Assembly: GCA_963798085.1 (NCBI GenBank)
Contig: CAWCRS010000007.1
Location: 288,001-352,000 of the forward strand
DNA from: an uncultured Gemmatimonadales bacterium
GTDB taxonomy: Bacteria; Gemmatimonadota; Gemmatimonadetes; Longimicrobiales; RSA9
Length of the DNA: 64,000 nt
Direction: 5' to 3'
In this document: piece after piece, positions 1 to 11,609 of the stretch
Position numbering within the stretch: the stretch's first letter is position 1
Layout: each line of letters starts with the position of its first letter
Position numbers and translations under genes: made by a program
Notes under the pieces: generated by a model
What the model was told of the DNA's origin: nothing
The model's input: only the letters and a program-made list of their open reading frames with translations
Database searches by the model: none

Positions 1-1
1 G

Positions 2-565
2 GTGACCAGCGCACTGGCCATCATGCGCCAGTACGTGGCCGAGAGCGGGGGATTCCGCGAAGTCCTTCCCGACAGCATGACCGGGCGCAGCATCACGCTG
101 CGGCGAGGGCGGCGCGTGATCGAGCTGCACTGGTTCGGGCGAGGCAACACGCGGGGCGATCTTGTCACCTGGTTGCCGCAGGAAAAGATCGTCTCCACTG
201 GCGACCTGATCGTTGCGCCGATACCGTTCGGCTTCAATGCCTATCCTTCGGAATGGATCGCGGTGCTCGATTCCGTGGCTGCGCTGGGGCCGGCGATCCT
301 CGTGCCGGGTCACGGTCCGGTGATGCGTGATCTGACGTACCTGCGCACGGTGCAGCAGGCGCTGCAGGCCGCGCGCGAAGGGACGCGCGCCGCGGTCGAG
401 CGCGGCGTGACCGCGCAGGATGTCCAGCGCGCGGTGCCACTGGACGACTGGCGGGTGCGCATGGCCGATGACGAGAAATGGCTTAACACGCTGTTCCGGC
501 AGTTCTTCAAGGGTCCGGTCGTGGCGCGACTGTACGAAGAGGCAAAGAACGGCGCACTGAAATGA
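2..565 (+). CDS. MBL-fold metallo-hydrolase, 5'-truncated by window edge
   Basis: GRGNTRGD, STGDL and LVPGHG motifs typical of the C-terminal half of an MBL fold; stop overlaps next start (ATGA). Confidence 0.8.
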   Translation: MTSALAIMRQYVAESGGFREVLPDSMTGRSITLRRGRRVIELHWFGRGNTRGDLVTWLPQEKIVSTGDLIVAPIPFGFNAYPSEWIAVLDSVAALGPAILVPGHGPVMRDLTYLRTVQQALQAAREGTRAAVERGVTAQDVQRAVPLDDWRVRMADDEKWLNTLFRQFFKGPVVARLYEEAKNGALK

Positions 566-1389
566 AGGACGTGGTCTTCGCCCGGATCGAGCTGCCCTGC
601 GGCCATTTCGACGCACTGCACGCCACCCATTTCAAGCGACGCTTCCGCCCGCACTTCCACGAGACCTTCGCGATTGGTGTGATCGAGGCCGGCTGCGCCC
701 GTCTCGAGACGGCGCGCGGCGTCTGGCAGGGCGGGCCGGGCACGATCCTCTGCTTCTCGCCCGGCGAAGTGCACAGCGCCGATCCCATTGACGACGAAGG
801 CTTCAGCTACCGCATGTACTATCCATCCAGCGAGATGATGCGTGAGCTGGGCATTCGTGTCGAAAGCGACGACGCGGCTCCACCTCTCTTCGAGCGGCCG
901 GTGATCGACGATCCCGCCCTCGCTGAGCGGCTGAGCGAAACGCACGTACTGCTGCTCGAGGGGCGCCAGTCACCGTCTGCGGAAGCGCGCGTGGTGAACA
1001 GCATGCGGGCGCTGGTGCAGCGCCACCGCGCGGCCGCCGACGCGCGCAGCCACTCGCCGCGCGACCTGGCCGCGGTGCTGCAGGCACGCGATTACCTGCG
1101 CAGGCACTTCACGCAGCAGGTCAGCATCGTGGCACTGGCGCAATCGGCCGGGCTCAGCCCGTTCCACTTCATCCGGCTTTTCCACCGCGTGCTGGGCATG
1201 CCGCCCTACGCATACCTCGTGCAGCTGCGCGTCAACCGCGCCCGCATCATGCTCTGCCGCGGCTGGAGCGTGGCGCAGGTTTCCTACGCCTGCGGCTTCA
1301 GCGACCAGAGCCACCTGACAAGGCTGTTCCACAGCTCGGTGGGTGTACCGCCCGGGCAGTACCTGCGCTCCACGCGTCCCGCCGCCTGA
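562..1389 (+). CDS. AraC-family transcriptional regulator
   Basis: N-terminal cupin-like PHFHETFAIG; C-terminal double HTH (LSPFHFIRLF...CGFSDQSHLTRLF...GVPPGQY). Confidence 0.95.
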   Translation: MKDVVFARIELPCGHFDALHATHFKRRFRPHFHETFAIGVIEAGCARLETARGVWQGGPGTILCFSPGEVHSADPIDDEGFSYRMYYPSSEMMRELGIRVESDDAAPPLFERPVIDDPALAERLSETHVLLLEGRQSPSAEARVVNSMRALVQRHRAAADARSHSPRDLAAVLQARDYLRRHFTQQVSIVALAQSAGLSPFHFIRLFHRVLGMPPYAYLVQLRVNRARIMLCRGWSVAQVSYACGFSDQSHLTRLFHSSVGVPPGQYLRSTRPAA

Positions 1390-1417
1390 CAGGACCGCAG
1401 CAGAGGTCTGCGCGGGT

Positions 1418-2599
1418 TCAGCGGTGCGCTTCCCGGGTGCCCGCGTAGCGCTCGACGTGCACGCTGCGCACGCGCCCATCCCCGCCCCGGCTGAAGCGCA
1501 CGTTGAGTAACTGTCCGTTAGCGTAGAAGCTGGAATCGCTGGAGGCCAGCAGCGACGTGCGGGTACCGCCCGGCTCGGTCAGCTGCAGGCGCCCGTTGCC
1601 GGCCGAAACGACGAAGCGCTCGCCGGATGTCGTCGCATACTCTCCGACATAACGCGCCAGCACATCGGGGGACAGCGCCAGTGAGGGCCGCGCAAAGACG
1701 GACTGCAGTCCGCGCGTGAAGCCTTCCGCCTTCCCGCCGGAATGCCCGCTGCCCTCGATAACAAGCGATTGCAGTTCCAGGCCCTGGTAAGCGCGCGAGT
1801 GCAGCTGCGCGGCGAGACGCTCGAAGTCGGCAACGTCCGGCTCGAGACCGCCTGCCGCCATGAACAGCCGCGCCGGCAGCCAGCGCGTTCCTGCGCTGAA
1901 GCTCTGCTCGCGATGGTAGATCCAGTCGCTGTCCCAGCCGGCGGCCGGGCTGGTCAGCACGAAACGGTTGAACACGCCGGGCGCCTCCAGCAGAGCGTAC
2001 AGCGTGAACAGACCGCCCAGCGAGCTGCCCATCAGCGTGCGGTCCGGCAGCACGCGATAGTTCGCTTCGACGAACGGGATCGCCTCATCGCGCAGGAACG
2101 CCAGGAACTGCGGCGCGTTGCCCGAGTGCGCGATGCGCGCCTGCGGCGTGGGTGTGAAATCGCGGCCGCGCAGCGCATCGGCATCGGGATTCACGCCGCC
2201 CCACGTCACACCCACAATCACTGCCGCGGGCAGGAAGCCGTCGTAATACTGCTGGCCGTAGATCGCCGTGACCAATGGGAAATCCCACTGCGAGTCCAGC
2301 ACGAACAGGACCGGGTAGCGCTGGTCGCTGCTGGCGTAGCCCGCCGGCAGGTGGATCTGCAGCAAGTACTTCTGTCCGGGCACCAGCCGCGAAGTGATGG
2401 TGCGCGTCTCACTGCCCGGAATGATCACTGGTGCACGGTCTGCCGCTTGCGCGCGTGCGTTGTCCGGTGCGCTGCCGAGCAGGGCGATCGTGGCCGCCGC
2501 GGCGAACGCAGGCATTGCGGGCCGCCACGCCGATGGTGCGGTTGCGAGTCGAGTGGGAGCGCCCCCGGGATGGTGCGGGGCATTGCGGCGGGCTGACAT
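1418..2599 (-). CDS. Secreted alpha/beta-hydrolase (IroE/BesA-like esterase) with C-terminal DUF3471-like domain; true start may be downstream
   Basis: YPVLFVLD, RGRDFTP, GSSLGG nucleophile elbow, C-terminal LARYVGEY; signal-like hydrophobic stretch. Confidence 0.85.
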   Translation of the reverse strand: MSARRNAPHHPGGAPTRLATAPSAWRPAMPAFAAAATIALLGSAPDNARAQAADRAPVIIPGSETRTITSRLVPGQKYLLQIHLPAGYASSDQRYPVLFVLDSQWDFPLVTAIYGQQYYDGFLPAAVIVGVTWGGVNPDADALRGRDFTPTPQARIAHSGNAPQFLAFLRDEAIPFVEANYRVLPDRTLMGSSLGGLFTLYALLEAPGVFNRFVLTSPAAGWDSDWIYHREQSFSAGTRWLPARLFMAAGGLEPDVADFERLAAQLHSRAYQGLELQSLVIEGSGHSGGKAEGFTRGLQSVFARPSLALSPDVLARYVGEYATTSGERFVVSAGNGRLQLTEPGGTRTSLLASSDSSFYANGQLLNVRFSRGGDGRVRSVHVERYAGTREAHR

Positions 2600-2692
2600 A
2601 AAGTCATCTTATGGGCTTCGGCCTCGCCTCGCAAACGATCACGCGCAGCCCCCAACCCACGACAGGCGAGGACTCCTGAGACGGAGGCGAGG

Positions 2693-4063
2693 GTGCACCC
2701 GTTCCTGATCCTCGCGCTCGGCATGGCGGCGGTGCTGGGCGGCATCATTGTGCTCCGGCTGAACGCGTTCCTCGCGCTGATCGCGGCGGCGCTGCTGGTG
2801 AGTCTGCTGGCGCCGGGCGCTGCCGCGACAAAGGTGGCGCGCGTGGCGGAGGCGTTCGGCAGGACGGCGGGCAGCATCGGCATCGTGATCGCGCTGGCGG
2901 CGATCATCGGCAAGGCGATGATGGACAGCGGCGCGGCCGCGCGCATCGTGCAGGCGTTGCTGGCTGTGCTGGGCGAGAAGCGTGCGGCGACGGCGCTCGC
3001 GGTCAGCGGTTTCGTGCTGGCGATCCCGGTTTTCTTCGACACGGTTTTCTACCTGCTCGTGCCGCTGGCGCGCTCAATGTATGGCACCACACGGCGCCAC
3101 TACCTGCGCTACGTCCTGGCGATCTGCGCGGGCGCGGTGGCGGCGCACACGCTGGTGCCGCCCACGCCGGGTCCACTCGTAGTGGCGAGCACGCTGGGTG
3201 TGGACCTGGGCACGATGCTGCTGGTCGGGATCGCGGTGGGTCTGCCGGGTGCTGCGGCAGGCCTGCTCTTCGCCGCGTGGCTGGACCGGCGCATGCCCGT
3301 CCCGTTCCGCACCGGCGAGACGGGCATCACGACGGCGGAACTGGAGCCGCCGCCAGCGCTGCCGGCACTGGTGCCGTCGCTGCTCCCCATCGTGCTGCCG
3401 GTGCTGCTGATCTCGACTAACACGATCATAGCATCACTGGCCGCGCGTCCCGGCGCCGCGGCGTTCTGGGCGAGGCTGGCGCCGGCGGCGGCGGTGCCGG
3501 GCAACGCCAACCTCGCGCTGCTGCTGGCGGCCGCCGTGGCCCTGTGGGTGTACGCGCGCCATCGCCGACCCGGCGGCGAGGCCATGGCCGCAATGGTGGA
3601 AACGTCGCTCATGAGTGGCGGTGTGATCATCCTGATCACCGCAGCCGGCGGCGCCTTCGGCGCGATGCTGCAGGCGGCGAACATCGGTCCGGAGATCCAG
3701 CGGCTGTCCGGCAGCGGCGCCAGCGGGCTGATGGTGCTGCTGCTGGCGTTCGGCGTATCCGTGCTGATGAAGGTGGCGCAGGGCTCGAGCACGGTGGCCA
3801 TGATCACGACATCGGCCATGCTCGCGGCCATGCTCGGCAAGGGAGCGGCGCTGCCGTTTCACGTGGTGTACGTGGCCACGGCGATCGGCAGCGGCTCGCT
3901 GGTGGGCTCCTGGATGAACGACAGCGGCTTCTGGGTGGTGAGCCGCATGGGCGGCCTCACGGAAGTCGAAGCGCTCAAGTCATGGACGCCGCTGCTGGTG
4001 GTCGTCGGCCTCACCTCCATGATCGCCACGCTGGTGCTGGCGCTGGCCCTGCCGCTGCGCTGA
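2693..4063 (+). CDS. GntP-family sugar-acid (gluconate/xylonate):H+ symporter
   Basis: Polytopic membrane protein with IPVFFD, HTLVPPTPGP, KVAQGSSTVA and SWMNDSGFW motifs. Confidence 0.93.
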   Translation: MHPFLILALGMAAVLGGIIVLRLNAFLALIAAALLVSLLAPGAAATKVARVAEAFGRTAGSIGIVIALAAIIGKAMMDSGAAARIVQALLAVLGEKRAATALAVSGFVLAIPVFFDTVFYLLVPLARSMYGTTRRHYLRYVLAICAGAVAAHTLVPPTPGPLVVASTLGVDLGTMLLVGIAVGLPGAAAGLLFAAWLDRRMPVPFRTGETGITTAELEPPPALPALVPSLLPIVLPVLLISTNTIIASLAARPGAAAFWARLAPAAAVPGNANLALLLAAAVALWVYARHRRPGGEAMAAMVETSLMSGGVIILITAAGGAFGAMLQAANIGPEIQRLSGSGASGLMVLLLAFGVSVLMKVAQGSSTVAMITTSAMLAAMLGKGAALPFHVVYVATAIGSGSLVGSWMNDSGFWVVSRMGGLTEVEALKSWTPLLVVVGLTSMIATLVLALALPLR

Positions 4064-4102
4064 GCCCATGTCCAGCGGAAGCGCTGCCGCAGGGCCGGGA
4101 GG

Positions 4103-5761
4103 TCAGGTCACATCGTTGCGTGATAACTGTCCGTTAACAAGCCGCCAGATGCCCAGCGCGTTGTGGTTGCGCAGCGCGGGTGGCAGGGCAGCGCCGGGGA
4201 AGTCCTGGAAGCAGACAGGGCGCGCGAAACGCGTGATCGCCGCGCTGCCGACAGAGGTGGAGCGCGCATCACTGGAGGCTGGCCAGGGGCCGCCATGCTG
4301 CATGGCATGACCGACCTCGACGCCGGTGGGCACACCATTGAAGATGAGGCGGCCGGCTTTGCGCTGCAGAATCTCGATCAGGCGGGTGTGCGCCAGCAGG
4401 TCGGCGGGTGTGCCGTGAATGCTGGCGGTGAGTTGTCCCTCGAGCGCAGCGGCCGCACGCTCGAGACCGGCCGCGTCATCGGCAGTCACCAGAATCGAGA
4501 CGGGCCCGAACCTCTCTTCGCGCAATGTCGCGTCACGCGCGAACCGCTCTGCATCGATGGCCAGCAGCACCGGCTTCACACGCCGCACCGTCTGCGTTGC
4601 CTCGCCCTGCGCCGCAGCGTCCATTGCAGGCGACGACGGGCTCGACACGCCGCGTCCCGCTTCCTGCGCTTCCGCAGTGCCGGGTACCTGCGCGGCGCCG
4701 TGCTCGCGGGCGCGCTCGATCGCGGATGTGTACGCCGCGGCCAGTCTGTCGTACAGCATGACGCCCGGCTGCGCCGCGGCAATGTGCGCGGCGAGCGCGT
4801 TCTGCAGCTGGTCGAGCGCGGGGCCGCGCACGCCCAGCAGCACGCCCGGGCTGGTGCAGAACTGGCCCACTCCGAGCGTGATGGACTGCGCGAGTGCACG
4901 GGCGATCGCGGCGCCTCGCTCCCGCAGCGCGGAGGGCAGCAGAAACACGGGGTTAATGCTGCCCATCTCGGCGTACACGGGGATGGGCGAGGGGCGGGCC
5001 GCGGCGGCATCGCAGAGGGCGCGTCCGCCGCGCAGCGAGCCGGTGAAGCCAACGGCGGTGATCAGTGGATGACGCACCAGCGCCAGACCCACATCGTGTG
5101 ACCAGCCATGAACCAGCGAGAAGACGCCGGACGGAATTCCCGCGGTGCGCGCCGCGCGCAGTATCGCGCCGGCCGCCAATTCACTGGTGCCCGGGTGCGC
5201 AGGATGCGCCTTGAACACAACCGTGCAGCCGGCCGCGAATGCGGACGCGGTATCGCCGCCCGGAACGGAGAACGCGAGCGGGAAGTTGCTCGCGCCGAAC
5301 ACGGCGACCGGGCCGAGCGGCACGAGCATGCGTCGCAGATCCGGACGCGGCACGGGCGTGCGCGCGGGATCGCCGGGATCGATGCGTGCTTCCACCCAGG
5401 AGCCTTCGTCGAGCAGATCCGCGAACATGCGCAGCTGGCTGGTCGTGCGGCCGCGCTCGTTCTCGAGCCGCGCGGCGGGCAGGGCCGTCTCTGCACTCGC
5501 GCGCGCGATCAGCGCATCCCCGAGCGCGAGGATCTCGTCGGCAATGGCGCGGAGGAAACCCGCGCGCACTGCCGGCGAGGTGCGGCTGAACTCGCGGAAC
5601 GCAGCGTCGGCCGCGCTCGCCGCGGCAGCGATCTGTTCGGCGCCGGCTTCGCGGAACTGCGGCTCGAGCGCTTCGCCGGTATCCGCGCGGACGCCATGAA
5701 ACGCGGGGCCGCTGCCCGGCACGGCTTCACCGTTCACGAGGTTGGCGCCCGAAATGTGCAT
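4103..5761 (-). CDS. NADP-dependent aldehyde dehydrogenase, alpha-ketoglutaric semialdehyde dehydrogenase type
   Basis: [51 protein letters not shown]; start chosen by AAGG RBS before MHISGAN. Confidence 0.9.
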   Translation of the reverse strand: MHISGANLVNGEAVPGSGPAFHGVRADTGEALEPQFREAGAEQIAAAASAADAAFREFSRTSPAVRAGFLRAIADEILALGDALIARASAETALPAARLENERGRTTSQLRMFADLLDEGSWVEARIDPGDPARTPVPRPDLRRMLVPLGPVAVFGASNFPLAFSVPGGDTASAFAAGCTVVFKAHPAHPGTSELAAGAILRAARTAGIPSGVFSLVHGWSHDVGLALVRHPLITAVGFTGSLRGGRALCDAAAARPSPIPVYAEMGSINPVFLLPSALRERGAAIARALAQSITLGVGQFCTSPGVLLGVRGPALDQLQNALAAHIAAAQPGVMLYDRLAAAYTSAIERAREHGAAQVPGTAEAQEAGRGVSSPSSPAMDAAAQGEATQTVRRVKPVLLAIDAERFARDATLREERFGPVSILVTADDAAGLERAAAALEGQLTASIHGTPADLLAHTRLIEILQRKAGRLIFNGVPTGVEVGHAMQHGGPWPASSDARSTSVGSAAITRFARPVCFQDFPGAALPPALRNHNALGIWRLVNGQLSRNDVT

Positions 5762-5853
5762 GGAGATCATCCTTTGAAACGGGTATTGCGCGAAGGCGAC
5801 GTTTGCACGCGGGAGGCGGTCGCGCAAGCCGCACTGCACGCGGGAGTGATAGG

Positions 5854-7869
5854 ATGAGCCGAGCGCGCGAGGTGCCCGGTCTGACAGCCGTGCTGGGCGA
5901 GGCCAATGTCGTGAGCGGTGCGCGTGTCGAAGGCGATGGCCCCGCAGGCCGGCTGCCGCTGACGCCCGCAATGCTGCGCGAACGCCCGAGCGGCGACCTG
6001 TTCGGTCTCACGCAGAACGTGGGCATGGGCTGGAATCCCGCGGCGCTCGGCGGCGCGCAGTTCCTGATCCTCAGCACAATGGGTGGACTGCGCAGCGAGC
6101 AGGGCGAAGCCGTGGCGCTTGGCTATCACACGGGCCACTGGGAAATCGGACTGCTGGTGCGCCGCGCGGCCGAGACGTTGCGCGCGCACGGTGACGTTCC
6201 TTTTGCGGCGTACTGCAGTGATCCATGCGACGGCCGCACGCAGGGCACCACCGGCATGTTCGACAGTCTGCCCTACCGCAACGATGCGTCGCTGGTGATG
6301 CGCCGGTTGATCCGCTCGCTGCCCACCGCGCAGGGTGTGCTGGGCGTCGCTACCTGCGACAAGGGGTTGCCCGCGATGATGATGGCGCTCGCGGGATCCA
6401 CGTCGCTGCCCGGCGTGATCGTGCCGGGCGGTGTCACACTGCCCGCCACGGGTGCGGAGGACGCGGGTCAGGTGCAGAGCCTGGGCGCGCGTTTTTCCCG
6501 CGACCTGATCAGTCTCGACTACGCCGCGACGATGGGCTGCCGCGCGTGCGGCTCGGCGGGTGGCGGCTGTCAGTTCCTGGGCACCGCCGCAACATCGCAG
6601 GTGGTGGCCGAAGCGCTGGGCATGGCGTTGCCGCACAGCGCGCTCTCGCCTTCGGGTGAGCCGGTCTGGCTGGAGCTGGCCGAGCGCTCTGCCGTAGCGC
6701 TGCACCGGTTGTACGGCCTGGGACACACCATGGCCGGCATCCTCAGCGACCACGCGGTGGAGAACGCACTGCTGGTGCACGCCGCGTTCGGGGGCTCGAC
6801 TAACCTGCTGTTGCACATCCCCGCGATCGCGCACGCGGCCGGTCTGCGACTGCCCGCGGTGGAGGACTGGATCCGCGCCAGTCGTGCCACCCCCCGGCTG
6901 GTCGATGCCCTGCCCAACGGGCCCCGCGGTCATCCCACCGTGCAGGTCTTCATGGCGGGCGGCGTGCCCGAGGTGATGCTGCACCTGCGCGCCATGGGCC
7001 TGATGCACGTTGATGTCCTGACCGCGACGGGCGACACGCTCGGCACCACCCTGGACTGGTGGGAATCGAGTGCGCGGCGACGCGCCGCAAAGGCACGGTT
7101 AGCCGCGGCCGCCGCCGTCGATCCGGACGCCGTGATCCTGTCGCCGGATGCCGCACGGAAGGCGGGTCTCACCGGCACGCTCGTCTTCCCGGTCGGCAAC
7201 ATCGCGCCGCAGGGCTCGGTGGTGAAAGCCACGGCCATTGATGCGGCCGTGGTGCACGAAGGCGAGTACCGGCACCGCGGCCCGGCGAGGGTTTTCGCGG
7301 ACGAGCGCGCCGCGATCGCGGCGGTGAAGGGCGCGGGCCAGCCGGCCATCCAGCCCGGCGATGTGATCGTGCTGATGGGCGCGGGCCCGTCCGGCACGGG
7401 CATGGAGGAAGTCGCGCAGATCACCACGGCGCTCCGCTACCTGCCATTCGGCAGGGAAGTGGCGCTCCTCACGGATGGCCGCTTCTCCGGCTTCTCGACG
7501 GGCGCATGCATTGGCCACATCGGCCCGGAAGCACTGCACGACGGCCCCATTGGGCGGCTGCGCGATGGCGACACGATCGAGATCGTGATCGACCGTACCT
7601 CGCTGACCGGTTCCGTGAACCTGGTGGGGGCGGCAGGCGAAGCGCTGGACCCGGCGGCTGCAAAAGCGCTGTTAGATCGGCGCGATCCCCATCCGGCACT
7701 CGCGCCGCAGCCGAAGCTGCCCGCGGACACGCGACTCTGGGCCGCGCTGCAGCGCGCCAGCGGCGGCACCTGGGCGGGCTGCGTGTACGATGTGGAGCGC
7801 ATCACCGCGGCGCTCGAGTCCGCCACGCGCTCGACGCCGGGTGCTGCATTGGCGCTGGCCGAACCATGA
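5854..7869 (+). CDS. YjhG/YagF-family D-xylonate dehydratase (IlvD/Edd family)
   Basis: [57 protein letters not shown]. Confidence 0.92.
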   Translation: MSRAREVPGLTAVLGEANVVSGARVEGDGPAGRLPLTPAMLRERPSGDLFGLTQNVGMGWNPAALGGAQFLILSTMGGLRSEQGEAVALGYHTGHWEIGLLVRRAAETLRAHGDVPFAAYCSDPCDGRTQGTTGMFDSLPYRNDASLVMRRLIRSLPTAQGVLGVATCDKGLPAMMMALAGSTSLPGVIVPGGVTLPATGAEDAGQVQSLGARFSRDLISLDYAATMGCRACGSAGGGCQFLGTAATSQVVAEALGMALPHSALSPSGEPVWLELAERSAVALHRLYGLGHTMAGILSDHAVENALLVHAAFGGSTNLLLHIPAIAHAAGLRLPAVEDWIRASRATPRLVDALPNGPRGHPTVQVFMAGGVPEVMLHLRAMGLMHVDVLTATGDTLGTTLDWWESSARRRAAKARLAAAAAVDPDAVILSPDAARKAGLTGTLVFPVGNIAPQGSVVKATAIDAAVVHEGEYRHRGPARVFADERAAIAAVKGAGQPAIQPGDVIVLMGAGPSGTGMEEVAQITTALRYLPFGREVALLTDGRFSGFSTGACIGHIGPEALHDGPIGRLRDGDTIEIVIDRTSLTGSVNLVGAAGEALDPAAAKALLDRRDPHPALAPQPKLPADTRLWAALQRASGGTWAGCVYDVERITAALESATRSTPGAALALAEP

Positions 7870-8744
7870 GCGCGCCCGTACTGAAACTGCACAGGACGGC
7901 GGCCGGCGTGGTGCTGGAGCGCGCTGGCGTGCTCATTCCGCTGACCGAATCGTGGGACGCGCTGATCAGCCACGCCGCACTGCACGACTACCTCGCCCAC
8001 CTGGATGGCGGGCGCAACCCGGGCGACGAACGCACTCGCCGCGCGACCGGTCGTGACGCGTGGGCCGGCGGCGCGCTTGTCGATGCACTGGCGCCGGTCG
8101 GCTCGCAGGAAGTCTGGGCGGCGGGTGTCACCTGGCAGCGCAGTCGCGCCGCACGCATGGAGGAGTCGCGCAATGCGGGCGGCGGCTCGTTCTACGATCG
8201 CGTTTACGAGGCGGAGCGGCCCGAGCTGTTCTTCAAGGCCAATGCCTGGCGGGTGCGCGGACCGGGTCAGGCGATCCGCGTGCGCCGCGACGCGCGCTGG
8301 AGCGTGCCCGAGCCGGAACTCGCTGTTTGCGCCAATGCACAAGGCGAGGTGATCGGGTATACCATCGCGAACGATGTCAGCTCGCGCGACATCGAGGGCG
8401 AGAATCCGCTCTACCTGCCGCAGGCGAAGATCTACGACGGCGCGTGCGCGCTGGGGCCCGCGCTGCTCGTCACCCCCGTAATGCTGCCGCCGGAAACGCG
8501 CATTGCATTGCGCATCGTGCGCGAAGGCAACATTGCGTTCGAGGACGCAACCACGCTGGACCGCCTGCGCAGGACGCCGACCGAACTCGTCGCCTGGCTC
8601 TTTCGTGAGCTGAATTTTCCGAATGGCTGCGTACTGCTCACGGGCACCGGCATCGTGCCGCCGGACGCGTTCACACTGCAGTCCGGCGATGAAGTGACGA
8701 TCGCGATCCCGCCCATCGGCGCGCTGACCAACCGCGTCGAATGA
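7866..8744 (+). CDS. Fumarylacetoacetate-hydrolase family, 2-keto-3-deoxy-D-xylonate dehydratase (XylX-like)
   Basis: [53 protein letters not shown] overlap with upstream dehydratase. Confidence 0.88.
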   Translation: MSAPVLKLHRTAAGVVLERAGVLIPLTESWDALISHAALHDYLAHLDGGRNPGDERTRRATGRDAWAGGALVDALAPVGSQEVWAAGVTWQRSRAARMEESRNAGGGSFYDRVYEAERPELFFKANAWRVRGPGQAIRVRRDARWSVPEPELAVCANAQGEVIGYTIANDVSSRDIEGENPLYLPQAKIYDGACALGPALLVTPVMLPPETRIALRIVREGNIAFEDATTLDRLRRTPTELVAWLFRELNFPNGCVLLTGTGIVPPDAFTLQSGDEVTIAIPPIGALTNRVE

Positions 8745-8767
8745 GCGACGGCCCGCCACGAGTCGCG

Positions 8768-11404
8768 TCAGCGTTGCCCTGACACGCTGATCGTCTGTTC
8801 CAGCCGCAGGTCCTCCGAGGAGGCACCCACGCGAATGCGCACGCGATCGTTCTCGACCGCCCATGCGTGCGTGCTCGTGTTCCAGTACGCGAGGGCGGAT
8901 GCCGCCAGCGGGAACTCGACCGTGCGCGTCTGGCCCGGCTGCAGCGTGATCCTTCTGTAGCCCTTCAGCTCACGGCGAGGTCGAGACACGGAAGAGTTGA
9001 CGTGTTCGACGTAGAGCTGAACCACTTCGTCGCCCGCACGCTTCCCGGTGTTCGACACGTTGACGCGTACGCTGATGCTGCCATTGGCTGCCAGCGTCTG
9101 CGCGCTGGTCTGCAGGCCGCTGTAGCGGAAGGTCGCATAGCTGAGGCCGTAGCCGAACGGATAGAGCGGCGTGCCCTGGAAGAAGCGGTACGTGCGGCCG
9201 GCCATGTCGTAGTCGTCGAAGGCGGGCAGGTCGCTGACGCTGCGATAGAAGGTGACGGGCAGCCTGCCGCCGGGGTTGTAGTCGCCGAACAGCACATTGG
9301 CCAGCGCCGTGCCCGCGGCCTGGCCGCCGTACCACGCTTCCACGATGGCGGGCACGTGTTCCTGCGCCCAGTTGATGGCGAGCGCACTGCCGTTCAGGAG
9401 CACCAGCACGGTGGGCTTGCCCAGCGCGACGATGCGCTCGAGCAGCTGCTCCTGCGTGGCCGGCAGCTGCAGATCCGTGCGGTCGCCGCCGCGGAACCCC
9501 TGGATCTGGATGGGCATCTCCTCGCCTTCCAAACGAGCTGTCAGGCCGAGGCACAGCACCACGGCATCGGCCTGCTGCGCGGCGCTCACGGCCTGTGCCT
9601 CGAGGTCGGTGCCGGCGCCGGCCCAGACCAGTTGCGCCTGGGCATCGCCGTACGATTCCTGTGCGTCCACACGCAGGCGATAGGTCCTCCCCGCCTGCAG
9701 CTGCAGCTCCGGCGTGGCCGTCAGGCGAGGATCGCCGAACTCGTCGCGGTAGTTGTAGACAGAACGCGCGACCACGCTGTCATCCAGGAACAGCTGGAAC
9801 TTGACGGTGGAGATCACGCCCAGTCGGTAGGCGCCCGTGCGCGGCGGGCGCAGCGTGCCGGTCCAGCGCACACCGAAGTCATCGGCGTCCATGTCCGCGC
9901 GCGGCGCCTGGTCGCGCCAGTTCGCATCCAGCGTACTGTCGGTGCCGGTGAAGAGCGGCTGGCCCTGCAGGTCGCGGCTGCGGAAGTACTCCACGTGCAG
10001 GCCGGGCCCGCCCTGCGGCGTGAACAGCACGTTAGCAGGAACCACATCGTACATGGGGAAGCCGTCGGCCAGGTCGGCACCACGCGCGTAGAGCACACGC
10101 GTGCGCGGGCCCACCGCCGCGCGAATGCCACGCAGCGGCGTGATCGGATCGGCCGGCATGCCATTGTAGTTGCCCAGCAGCATCAGCCACTGGTCCGCGT
10201 TGGGACCGATTACTGCCAGCGTGCCCAGGTCCTTGCGCAGCGGCAGCACGCCGCCCTCGTTCTTCAGCAGCACGATCGACTCGCGCGCCAGCTGCCGCGC
10301 CAGCTCGCGATGCGCGGGGGCGTCCACCACGCTGTAGGGGATGCGCGCGTACGCCACGCGATCATCAGGATCGAACATGCCCAGCCGGAAGCGCGCCGTG
10401 AACAGGCGAGTTACCGCGGTGTCGATGTCGGCTTCCGCGATCAGGCCCTGGTGCACCGCATCGACCAGACTCTGGTAGGTGTTGCCGCAGTCGAGGTCCG
10501 TGCCCGCCTTCACACTGGCGGCCGAAGCAGCCGCCGCGCTCGCCGCGGTCTTGTGATGCTGCCAGATGTCGGCAATCGCATCACAGTCCGACACGACGTA
10601 GCCGGAGAACCCCCAGTCGCCACGCAGGATGTCGTGCAGCAGCGTGTCGCTCGCGCACGCGGGTTTGCCATAAACCCGATTGTATGCGCACATGAGCGAG
10701 TACGCGCCACCCTGCTCTATGCCCATGCGGAATTGCGCGAGATAGCTCTCGTGGAAGTCGCGCTCGCTCACCACGGCGTCGAACTCGTGGCGCTCCGGCT
10801 CCGGTCCGCTGTGCACGGCGAAATGCTTCACCGTGGAGACCGTCTTCAGGTATTTCGGGTCGTTGCCCTGCAGTCCATGAATGAACTGCACCGCCAGGCT
10901 GCCCGTCAGAAACGGATCCTCGCCGTAGGTCTCCTGGCCGCGCCCCCAGCGCGGATCGCGGAACAGATTGATGTTGGGGGACCAGATGGTGAGCCCCTGA
11001 TAGCGCAGGCGCTTGCCCTCTCGCACATACTGCTCGTACTTCGCGCGCGCCTCGTCCGAGATGACCGATGCCATGCGGAAGACCAGGCTGTCATTCCAGG
11101 TCGCCGCGAAACCGATGGCCTGCGGGAACGATGTCGCCAGCCCGGAGCGCGCCACACCGTGCAGCGCTTCGTTCCACCAGTTGTATTCGGGAATGCCCAG
11201 CCGATCGATCGCAGGCGCGCGGTCCACCATCTGCGAGACCTTCTCCTCCAGCGTCATGCGCCCGACCAGATCCCTCACGCGCTGCGCGACGGGCAGATCG
11301 GGGTTCTGATAATCGGGCTGTTGTGCCAGGAGGCGCCCGCCTAACAGGGCGCAAGGAAGCAGGGGGCCGAGCGTCACGAGGGCCAGCCGTCGTAGCGCGC
11401 GCAT
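8768..11404 (-). CDS. Secreted GH3 beta-xylosidase/beta-glucosidase with PA14 insertion and Fn3-like C-terminus
   Basis: WWNEALHG, RDPRWGRGQETYGEDP, KHFAVH, VVSDC nucleophile, LEGEE, YPFGYGLSY; signal peptide. Confidence 0.95.
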   Translation of the reverse strand: MRALRRLALVTLGPLLPCALLGGRLLAQQPDYQNPDLPVAQRVRDLVGRMTLEEKVSQMVDRAPAIDRLGIPEYNWWNEALHGVARSGLATSFPQAIGFAATWNDSLVFRMASVISDEARAKYEQYVREGKRLRYQGLTIWSPNINLFRDPRWGRGQETYGEDPFLTGSLAVQFIHGLQGNDPKYLKTVSTVKHFAVHSGPEPERHEFDAVVSERDFHESYLAQFRMGIEQGGAYSLMCAYNRVYGKPACASDTLLHDILRGDWGFSGYVVSDCDAIADIWQHHKTAASAAAASAASVKAGTDLDCGNTYQSLVDAVHQGLIAEADIDTAVTRLFTARFRLGMFDPDDRVAYARIPYSVVDAPAHRELARQLARESIVLLKNEGGVLPLRKDLGTLAVIGPNADQWLMLLGNYNGMPADPITPLRGIRAAVGPRTRVLYARGADLADGFPMYDVVPANVLFTPQGGPGLHVEYFRSRDLQGQPLFTGTDSTLDANWRDQAPRADMDADDFGVRWTGTLRPPRTGAYRLGVISTVKFQLFLDDSVVARSVYNYRDEFGDPRLTATPELQLQAGRTYRLRVDAQESYGDAQAQLVWAGAGTDLEAQAVSAAQQADAVVLCLGLTARLEGEEMPIQIQGFRGGDRTDLQLPATQEQLLERIVALGKPTVLVLLNGSALAINWAQEHVPAIVEAWYGGQAAGTALANVLFGDYNPGGRLPVTFYRSVSDLPAFDDYDMAGRTYRFFQGTPLYPFGYGLSYATFRYSGLQTSAQTLAANGSISVRVNVSNTGKRAGDEVVQLYVEHVNSSVSRPRRELKGYRRITLQPGQTRTVEFPLAASALAYWNTSTHAWAVENDRVRIRVGASSEDLRLEQTISVSGQR

Positions 11405-11609
11405 GCGTCCTCCAGTGCATCCGGTGAATCTCACGGTGACGCCGTCGGGCCCGGTTCGCGGCCGGGTCGGCGAGCCGGGTGGTCAGGCGGCTGGTACTCA
11501 TATGATGACTTGGTGAGCCGGCGCAAGGGCCGGCACAACCTCATGTTCCCGACGCTGGCGTTACCCACGCGGACCTGCAGACGCGGGAGGAGCAGGGCGA
11601 CCGAAAAAA

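Noticed and set aside
8867..11344. 825-aa plus-strand ORF and similar long antisense ORFs throughout the window
   Set aside because: Shadow ORFs of high-GC coding sequence opposite well-supported genes; no recognisable motifs
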